Origin: Candidatus Obscuribacterales bacterium
Lineage (GTDB): Bacteria > Cyanobacteriota > Vampirovibrionia > Obscuribacterales > Obscuribacteraceae
Reading direction: 5' to 3'
Assembly (NCBI GenBank): GCA_965228855.1
Contig: CBDDIJ010000002.1
Span: 768,001-832,000, forward strand
DNA: 64,000 nucleotides
Of the stretch, positions 29,904 through 38,400 are shown piece by piece (the stretch's first letter is position 1; each line of letters starts with the position of its first letter). The position numbers were made by a program, and so were the translations under genes. The notes beneath the pieces were generated by a model. It was not told the origin of the DNA and did no database searches. It saw only the letters and a list, made by a program, of their open reading frames with translations.

Positions 29904-32240
29904 ATGGCTGGACCGTTTTCTTCCGAGGCAAATAGCGTCACCGACAAGTCAGGCGCGGACAACAAAGCCGGTGGCTTTGATGGCAGCAAGCTCAGCCTCG
30001 AGACACAAAACCAATTGTTAAACCAAGCAGCGCTCAAGCACCAGATCTCACAGGCTGAGCGAGCTAATCCAAACGTTACGGACCTGGTCGGAGAAGGTCT
30101 GTATTCCGCTGCTTATTCTGGCGTTCAGGAACCGGCTATCGGGCTTGCTCAGCTCTCGGACAAGGTCCACCTCACATCGGGGCTCGCCGAGAAAGTTGAA
30201 TTCATGAGTGCCCCCGCTCACGAGGAGTTTGGTACAGCACGATGGCATGCTCAGCAGATCGGCGGTGCCCTGGGTATGACCGCGCCGTTTCTGGCTACCA
30301 AAGGCGCTCTAGCCAAGTCTGGTTTGTCGCTGGTGGCTCGAACCGAAGCCACTGCAGCCACTTCCGGCAAGCTGTTGAGCCTGGTAAATGGCGCAGCCGT
30401 CGCGGATGGAGCGATAACCGGCTTTGCTTATGATTTCATTGCCCGACCGGTCGCGCCATCAGAAAGCAATTTCTGGGAAGCTCGTCTCAAGCACGGAGCC
30501 ACCGGAGCAGTAACGTTTGGCGCGCTCACCGCCGGCAGTGTCGGTCTGCGTCACGTCAGTGGCTCGCTGGCAAAAGAGCTGGTAGGAGTTAGAAAGCTCG
30601 CTTATGAAACTGGAATTGGTGCTGCTTCCGGTTTGCCGGCCGGGTCATTGAACGCGGACATGACGTCCCTGTTAAAGACCGGACATCTGGCATCAAATGA
30701 AGATCGACTGAAGGGCATGTACACAATGTCTATGGTGGGCGGCACCCTGAGCGCTTTACACAGACTGCCCGGACAAGAGAGAACCAGCTCCGAGAGAGCG
30801 CTTGAAACTCAAAAGCAAAGAGCCGGCGTGGATAACCTGCAGGCGATGCTGGGTGAACGGGCTCGCTCTGCCAAGCTTGGCGAGTTGAAGCTTGATGGGG
30901 CTAAAACAGAATCTTCTCGTGCCGCCTCGATAGGAGATGGTTTATTCAGCCGTTCTCGAAGTGGGTCAGCAACGGATGCCATGGTAAACGAAGGCCTCAT
31001 GCGTGGCCGAGCGCTCGCGAGCGGGGACCGTCAGGTCAAGACGAGCGTAACTCCGGAGCTTCAACCATTCCTTCAAAAAGGAGCGGAGATGGCTATGGGT
31101 GCGTCTGAAGCGACTGCATCGGCCAGAGAGGTTGCGGATTTCTTCAATTTTGCGCGCTCTCCGGAAGGGCAGCAGTTGCGCGATTCGATGCTGGATGTCG
31201 CCGAGCAGACTCGCGATCAGCGGATGATGACCATTGTCAGAGAAGCATATCTTCCTGTCGAAGGAATGCACCACCGCATCACGCCTGGCGAGATGAATAT
31301 CCTGCCGGACCGAGGTACCAAGCCGACCGAGGAGCAGATAAACCGCTGGTACGATTTTCTGGACATCGTGCAGAAGTCGAACCCTACGGACGTAGAAAGC
31401 TATGCTCTTTACCGAAATAACGTGTTCGACTGGCTCAACAAGAATCCCGATTTGCATAACTGGGCGAGGCAATTTGCGGAGCAGACCAGCATGAGTAATC
31501 AGGCTGCACCGATCGATTTTTACTTTGAAACCAACATTTTGAATCGGTTTATCAAAGTGCAAGATGGAACGTTCGATTCGAAGCCGGTGACAATGGGTGA
31601 GTTGGCGAGTTTGCGTCAGTTGTCCACTAAATTTGCTGACCAGGTAGGTGAATATCCGTACGACGCAAAGATCGTCGAGAATTTCACAAACCTGATGAAG
31701 GAGTCTGGCGACGTCCGTCTTCCGCTCCTGGTCGAGCATGTAAATTCGGTTCTGAGAGAGCAGGGTCTGAACACCACTACGTTCGCTCAGATGAAAGGCG
31801 AAAATCAGATTGTTCTCTACCGTCCGAAGACCATCGTGAAGACCGATTCGCGATTGGCGGTGGATTACAACGAGGGTGGTGCTGTAGAAGCAGGCGTTGC
31901 TAAACCTGATGCTGTCAGGGTTAACGAAATCGCCAACACATTTGCGCAAAATCTAGCCGGTGCAAAAACGATCCAGAATGCGCAGTACATGCTGACTGAG
32001 GCCGCACTCAACATGAAGCAGCTTGGTGTGGAAGGCAAAGATGTAGTGACCGAGTTGAACTGGGTGATGAGCAGAAACAAAATGGGCTTCGAGGCGGCAA
32101 TCAGTCCTGAAGGCATATTGGAAGTAGTTCATAAGACCAAGACTGAGACCGTCGTTCCGCTGGTTTCTGTGATGAGAAGTAGAGAAGGTCATGTCCTGAC
32201 GGAAGTCTATGATGCCGAGGGCAAACCAGTTTCCGAGTGA
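29904..32240 (+). CDS. Large hypothetical protein with Gly/Ala-rich hydrophobic N-terminal helices
   Basis: Long ORF (open from 29817); no recognisable catalytic motif. Confidence 0.75.
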   Translation: MAGPFSSEANSVTDKSGADNKAGGFDGSKLSLETQNQLLNQAALKHQISQAERANPNVTDLVGEGLYSAAYSGVQEPAIGLAQLSDKVHLTSGLAEKVEFMSAPAHEEFGTARWHAQQIGGALGMTAPFLATKGALAKSGLSLVARTEATAATSGKLLSLVNGAAVADGAITGFAYDFIARPVAPSESNFWEARLKHGATGAVTFGALTAGSVGLRHVSGSLAKELVGVRKLAYETGIGAASGLPAGSLNADMTSLLKTGHLASNEDRLKGMYTMSMVGGTLSALHRLPGQERTSSERALETQKQRAGVDNLQAMLGERARSAKLGELKLDGAKTESSRAASIGDGLFSRSRSGSATDAMVNEGLMRGRALASGDRQVKTSVTPELQPFLQKGAEMAMGASEATASAREVADFFNFARSPEGQQLRDSMLDVAEQTRDQRMMTIVREAYLPVEGMHHRITPGEMNILPDRGTKPTEEQINRWYDFLDIVQKSNPTDVESYALYRNNVFDWLNKNPDLHNWARQFAEQTSMSNQAAPIDFYFETNILNRFIKVQDGTFDSKPVTMGELASLRQLSTKFADQVGEYPYDAKIVENFTNLMKESGDVRLPLLVEHVNSVLREQGLNTTTFAQMKGENQIVLYRPKTIVKTDSRLAVDYNEGGAVEAGVAKPDAVRVNEIANTFAQNLAGAKTIQNAQYMLTEAALNMKQLGVEGKDVVTELNWVMSRNKMGFEAAISPEGILEVVHKTKTETVVPLVSVMRSREGHVLTEVYDAEGKPVSE

Positions 32241-32487
32241 GCATTGCTCGGACGCTTGTCTTCATGACGAAGATTGTTTTGAGAAGTTGAGTTCAATCAT
32301 GTCCCGGTGTGTCGTGAAACCATCTCGGTCAGATTATCTGCCGGTTTCATTTCGAAAACATTGGTCGGATAAAGTGTGACAGGCGGGAGATTTACCCGCA
32401 TTATGGGTACGATTTCAGTGCGCCCTATTTTTTACCGGTTCTAACCGTGGTCTTGGTAATATAAGTAGGTCAGTCGGAGGTTAGATT

Positions 32488-32925
32488 GTGGCTGAGCCAG
32501 CTGAAGTTCCAAAGGGAGACCATTCGCCCGCTGCCAGTAAAGACAGCGTCCAGACCCCGCGTCGTCAGGGGCTTAAAAACTTTGTTCTGGCGTTGAAACA
32601 CATCAACGAGGCTTCAGTAGCGGAGAACGTCAAGCAACGTTTTTCCGACTATGTCACAATCGCGCTCGTCGTCCTCTGTATTTTGAGTCTTGTTGTAGCG
32701 GTCTCGCTTGATGTTCCGCCTGGAGTCAAGTTCTTGCCGCTTGCGTTCACCGTTGGTGCGGTTTTGTTTTACATCATCAACCGCATGGGTATTATCATAA
32801 GCCTGACAGCTCGTCAGGCTTTGATCGTTTGGCAGATTCTCGTCGCCGGCTTCTGGCTTGGTGTGACGAGCGCAATGCTGGTTATGCTGGTTAGCATGTA
32901 CTGCTTGTCGCAGATGGGTCCTTAG
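32488..32925 (+). CDS. Hypothetical 3-TM membrane protein
   Basis: RBS GGAGG, GTG start, three hydrophobic segments. Confidence 0.75.
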   Translation: MAEPAEVPKGDHSPAASKDSVQTPRRQGLKNFVLALKHINEASVAENVKQRFSDYVTIALVVLCILSLVVAVSLDVPPGVKFLPLAFTVGAVLFYIINRMGIIISLTARQALIVWQILVAGFWLGVTSAMLVMLVSMYCLSQMGP

Positions 32926-32941
32926 GCTGTTACTGGTCGAA

Positions 32942-34618
32942 TTGAAGGATGCGCTGGTTATGCAACTGCCGCTCGGTCGATTGAAAAGACCGCCCGGTCG
33001 GATTCTCAGTTTCTTGACCGCAGCCTTAGCCTCGGCGGTGTTGGCCACGTCGTGCGCTTCGCCTCTAAGCGAAAGTGCGAAAGCAGATTTGTCCGGACGC
33101 ATTGTCGTTGGAATGCCCTGGGAGCCGCGTACGCTGAATCCTTTTCGCGGCGTCGATTCCGCCTCTTATTTCGCTCAAACCATGATTCACGGCGGCCTCG
33201 TTCGTTACAACGAAAAGGGCGAAATCAAGCCTGGGCTGGCGGAACGTTTCACCATCTCAGAAGATGGAAAAACCTATACTTTTTTTCTCCGCAAGAATTT
33301 GAAGTTCAGCGATGGTTCGCCTCTAACCTCCGAAGACGTGCTTGCTTCCATCAAAGCGACAGTCGGGCCGGGCTCCCCTTTTAGAAACAACTACGAATGC
33401 ATTCAATCTTTCGATTCTCCTAAGCCACTACAGGTGGTGCTACATTTATCAGCGAAGAACTTGTCGCTAATGTTACGGATGGCGGACTTGCGAGTTGTTC
33501 CTGCAAACAGTTTTTCCGAATCCATGAAGACTTCCAATGTCTTGTCGCGTCAACCGGTTGGCTGTGGTCAGTTTAAACTCGAACGTTGGGACCCAGGTCT
33601 CGAGCTGGTTTTCAAAGCCAATCCGAACTACTGGGGAGAGAAACCCAAGAGTAATTATCTGGTCTGGCGAGTGATACCAGATGGCAACTTGCTATCTGCA
33701 GCGCTATTTCGTGGGGATGTAGATGTAGCCAGGGTGGATGGTCGCATTGAACTTGGCGTCCTGAGCGAGCATAGTGATGTCGAATTTCAGAAATTTCCAG
33801 GCAATCGGACTTTGTTTCTCGCCTTCAACACAGAGAAAGAGCCATATTCGAAACCCAGTTTTCGTCAGGCGATCTCGATGCTCATCGACAAATACGCAAT
33901 CGTCAACAACCTCTACGCCGGTTTCGCAGTTGTACCGAGTTGTGATTTTCCGGAGTACGGACCCGTATACAATCGCTTGTCGCGCCGCTGGCCGCATGAT
34001 CCAAAACAAGCCGTGAGGTTTTTGGAGTCCAGTGGATTTGAATTGCGAAGCGACGGCTGGTATGAGAAGGCGAGCGGAGAGGCCCGGAATGAGCCGGTTT
34101 CACATTCATCAAAAAATTCGGAACGTCTCGCTTTCAAGATTGTCACCATAAAGGATTTTATGGATGTTGCCCAGGTAGTAGCCGGAGATCTACAGTCGGC
34201 CAAGATTGGCGTGCGAGTGGAATTAGTTGAGTATTCGACGATGAAGGATAAATACCTGACTACCGGCGAGTACGACGCCGTGTTGTTCAGCCGCACACAG
34301 GGACCGGATCCTGATTGCAGGCTGGTTTGGGGAAAGAAAGGCCCTCTGAATTATGCGCGTTATAAAAACGATCAACTCGACAACCTGGTTGAAGAGGCAT
34401 ACACTGCTCAGACGGAACCGCGACGAAAGGAATTGTACGACAGCGTTCAGCTGTTGCTGTCCGAACAATTGCCTTTCGTCTATCTTATCCAGCCGAGCCT
34501 GACGATCGCTCACAAAACCTACATAAAGGGAATTGGCGAAGGCGTTTCTAACGACAACGGCATGCCCTGGGACAATCCGCTGTTCGATGCCGGTAACTGG
34601 AAGCGGGTTTCAAAATAA
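32942..34618 (+). CDS. ABC transporter substrate-binding lipoprotein, family 5 (peptide/nickel)
   Basis: Lipobox-like LATSC; PGLAERF..SEDGKTYTFFLRKNLKFSDG; PVGCGQF; ANPNYWG. Confidence 0.92.
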   Translation: MKDALVMQLPLGRLKRPPGRILSFLTAALASAVLATSCASPLSESAKADLSGRIVVGMPWEPRTLNPFRGVDSASYFAQTMIHGGLVRYNEKGEIKPGLAERFTISEDGKTYTFFLRKNLKFSDGSPLTSEDVLASIKATVGPGSPFRNNYECIQSFDSPKPLQVVLHLSAKNLSLMLRMADLRVVPANSFSESMKTSNVLSRQPVGCGQFKLERWDPGLELVFKANPNYWGEKPKSNYLVWRVIPDGNLLSAALFRGDVDVARVDGRIELGVLSEHSDVEFQKFPGNRTLFLAFNTEKEPYSKPSFRQAISMLIDKYAIVNNLYAGFAVVPSCDFPEYGPVYNRLSRRWPHDPKQAVRFLESSGFELRSDGWYEKASGEARNEPVSHSSKNSERLAFKIVTIKDFMDVAQVVAGDLQSAKIGVRVELVEYSTMKDKYLTTGEYDAVLFSRTQGPDPDCRLVWGKKGPLNYARYKNDQLDNLVEEAYTAQTEPRRKELYDSVQLLLSEQLPFVYLIQPSLTIAHKTYIKGIGEGVSNDNGMPWDNPLFDAGNWKRVSK

Positions 34619-34857
34619 TCCAAAGCGAAAGCGCCTCGGTTAGGAGGCGCTCTGAAAGCTATACGGTGTAATTATCGGTTTAGCGCAGCGACCGTGTTCA
34701 GCGAGCAAATCCAGCACATACGGTTGGTTTGTTTTGCTGCGGTTTCACTGATGTGTCCGATAACGCACAAGAAATTCCTGCAACAAATCAAAGGCGACTT
34801 GCATCGCGCATCGAGATGTCGTTACCGGTCCAGATTACAACGCTAAGCGCTCAGCAA

Positions 34858-35103
34858 TTACTTGCTGGTCGTAACCGTGATTCCTTCGATGTAGGACTCA
34901 GGGCAAACGAGAACGTTGCCGTTGTGCTCTCTGTACCAACGCAGAGCTTTAGCTTTGCGGTGGATTACCCGTTTTCTATGGCTCGGATATGAGTATTCCG
35001 GTGGCTTAAGGTGGAAATAACGCCCTTCATCGCCGCAAGCTTGGGCAAGTGCTGCCGGTGCTGCGATCATAGACAGAAGTGCTGTCAATACGAGTGCTCT
35101 CAT
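34858..35103 (-). CDS. Small secreted hypothetical protein
   Basis: RBS AAGGAG; signal peptide MRALVLTALLSMIAAPAALA. Confidence 0.7.
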   Translation of the reverse strand: MRALVLTALLSMIAAPAALAQACGDEGRYFHLKPPEYSYPSHRKRVIHRKAKALRWYREHNGNVLVCPESYIEGITVTTSK

Positions 35104-35490
35104 GAAATATGCCTCTCCTTCAACTGAGGTTTTTGCTCGCTTTACTGGTAAAAGTGGTTCGGACTATCCGGACCAGTGACTCCCAACAAAGAGCCCAAAG
35201 TGATTGTACTATTCCCCGGTCGAACTGAAATATGTCAAGAATCGGAATCTTTCAAGCCAGGGTCGCGAAAGCGCCGAATAGATACTAATTAGCGCGGTTT
35301 ACAACTTTGTTGCCGATTGAAACTAGATTTGTCGAAAAACATCTTTGATTATTATCTGCATCTCGTTTGTGTATTACCCAAGATTGTTGGGCAGGTTGAA
35401 CTAGGCACATTTTGGGTTTTCAAGAGAATGTATTACACTCTCTTGTATATGTGATCCATATAACTAAGCCTCTAGAGAAAGATCTGTTCA

Positions 35491-38400
35491 GTGTCAAAGA
35501 CTCGTCGCCCAGACATTCGTTCGCGTAGGATGCCCCCACAACCGACAGATTGTCGAGATGCCATGCACTGGTTCGTCGACAACTTCGCTTTGTACACCGG
35601 ATCAGTTCGTGGACTTTTCGTAAGCGACTTCAGCGCAGAGTATGACGCTTACATCGAGTCTTCCGTCATAAATCTTCGAGCCCGCGGCATCGAGCCGTTT
35701 CTCACTGTTGGTGATCAAATCGTCGCTCAAGCAGAGGCACTATGGGCGATGGCAACGTCTGGCACGCCATTCAATCAACCCCATGTCACTAACTTCGAAC
35801 TGGACATGCTGCGCGCGGAAGTCGCAATCATCAAGGACCTCGAGGCGCCTGTGACGCCGTCGCAGCTCTGGTATCTCTACCACTACATAATTTATCCGCG
35901 AGCTCTGTTCAACAAGGCCACCGTCATTACAACCTCTCTGGGGCTGGATGAGTTCGTCGCATACGGCTCGGAATGCGAAGATTTCGAATACGCCGGACGC
36001 AAACTGTCATGGGAAAAACTGATGTGGCTGGTCGAGGCGACGATGATCGATCTCTACCAATTCCGTCAGGTAAAAACCGATGGGCATCCGCCTATGCTCA
36101 AGGCTGAATACAACCTTTTCAATGCCATGAATGAGCGGGGCTTACCAGTGACTGCTCAACAAGTCCTCGGCGATTACATGCTGGATATGTCCATTGCCGA
36201 TCGTGATAATCGGCTTGCCATTGAGATTGACGTTCTTGCGTCATTAGACCCTAGTGTGTCCGGCAGCGGCGATGCGAAGAAAAACCTCGTACTTTTGAGT
36301 GACGGCTGGAAAATTCTTCGGTTTACAACGGCCGAAATTCTTGGAGATTTGACGTCTTGCGTTGATGCGGTAGAGCAGGTGTGGACGGCTGGTCGAAAGA
36401 AGTCCGCTGTGGGCAGACTGATGTCCGGGCGCGAACAACCGAAAATTCACGAGTTGCCGGTTGACGACGACTCCCAAAAGCTTGCCATCACCCATGGTGC
36501 GGGACCGGTCGCTGTAACCGGCGGGGCTGGAACCGGAAAGACCAGTACCGTTGCTCACCGTGTTGCTTACCTGCTTGCACAAGGCGTATGCCCGGAGCGG
36601 ATTCTGGTGTTTTCGCATTCGGAGGAGACAGTTGCTCAGCTCAAGAGGAAAGTGGAGGTTCTTTCGGACGGTCAAACGGTCCAGCGCATTGGTTTTTCCG
36701 ACTGGAAAGACCTCGGACTGAGAATCCTCAAGGAGAACGCCGCGGCTGTGAAACGCAAACCGCCGTTAAAACTTGAAGCTACTCCGCACCGAGTTCTTCA
36801 GCGCGTTTTGAAGAAAGAGCTTAAGGATATCGACCCACTGCAGTTGGAGATGATGGATGCTGAGGTCGATGAAGCCACCATTGGACAGCTCATCTCGCTC
36901 TACAAGGCTAATTTAATTACCCCTGAGCGCATTAAGGAAAGAGCCACTACCGACGCGGAAGACCTTGTCGCAAAGCTATTTTCTGCATACGAGGAGGCTC
37001 TCAAGAAAAGCAACAAAGTCGATCCGGATGACACAATTTCTCTATGTGCCCAGCTGCTTGCCGACGATCCTGAGGTGCGTGCGAAGTATCAACACAAGTA
37101 TGAGTTTGTGATCGTCGACGAATACCAAGAGTGCACCGCAGCTGCCGATTTAATGGCAAGACTGCTTGCCTTTCCCCAGGAAAACTTGTTCCTGGTCGGC
37201 GATGAGGACGAGTGTGTGACCGAGAACAAGGGCGCCATGCCGCGCTATCTCGCGGACACTTCGATTAGAATGCCGAATGCGCGTTGTTATATTCTCGATA
37301 AGAACTGGCGCAGTCACCCGGCGATTGTCGATCACTCGCGAAGTTTGGCAGCGGCATTGGGTTTTCACGGAATCGTCAAAGATATGTTTCCGGGCTACGG
37401 TACGGCTGCGACCAGTGCGGTGATCGGACCGCAGCAATGCAAAAGCGAGGAGGCCGAAGCCGACTGGGTTGCTAACGAAGTGGCAATTCTCATCGAAAGC
37501 GGAAAGTCTCTCAACGATATAGTCGTACTCTGGCGAAATCAGCGCTATGCCTCGCTTCTGGAAGCGGCGCTGTTTAAAAAGAACATCAAATGTGTTTCTG
37601 CAACCGCCGGCAGTGAGTCCGTACCTGACGAAGTCGGTGACGTGATGGCGTTTTTACGGCTTGTTATGGATCCGGATGGACCGAAAGCCAGAGCCTCTTT
37701 TGAACGCTTTTGCCAGCTCAAGTCGCGCGAAATGGATCAAAAACTTTCCCGGCTGTCCAATACGATCGCTTCATTTGCCGAAGCAAACAATCTGTCGTTT
37801 CTCAAAGCCATAGAGATCTACCATGACGCCACTGCAGATAGTTCATGCGAAGACCTTGCGCAGCTAGTTCGTATTGTGCGAACGATGAATCAAGAAGGGC
37901 TTCCGCCGGCGCAGACGATAGGTCTGCTTAAACGTACCCAGAAGCTGAACGAAATTTATGCTGCGGTGACAGTGCCACCAGGAGTGGTGTATGAGCCGAT
38001 GCGCAAAGTTGAGCAACTTGAAGAAGAAGCTAAGGCTTATGGCACCGTCAGAGAGTTTGTGAAAGCGAAACAGGAGTTCCTGGAGAACAAGGACCCTTCC
38101 ATTGATGAGTCGTGTATCCAGGTCAAGAGTTTCGAAGATTCAAAAGGATGTGAGTATCCGATTGCGTTTCTAACAGGTATGGCGGAGGGATTGTGTCCTT
38201 CGGATCAGGCGGTGAATGTCGAAGAGGAGCGGCGGCTCTGTTATGTAGCGATGACTCGCGCGAAGGAGTTGCTTTATATCTCTTATCCCGCGACGTACGA
38301 GGAGAAGCCGGTACCGCCCTCACCCTTCCTGGTGGAGGCGCGTCTGTTGCCTATAAACGTTTATCGTAAGGCTGTTAGTCTAATTCAACATGAACTTCCC

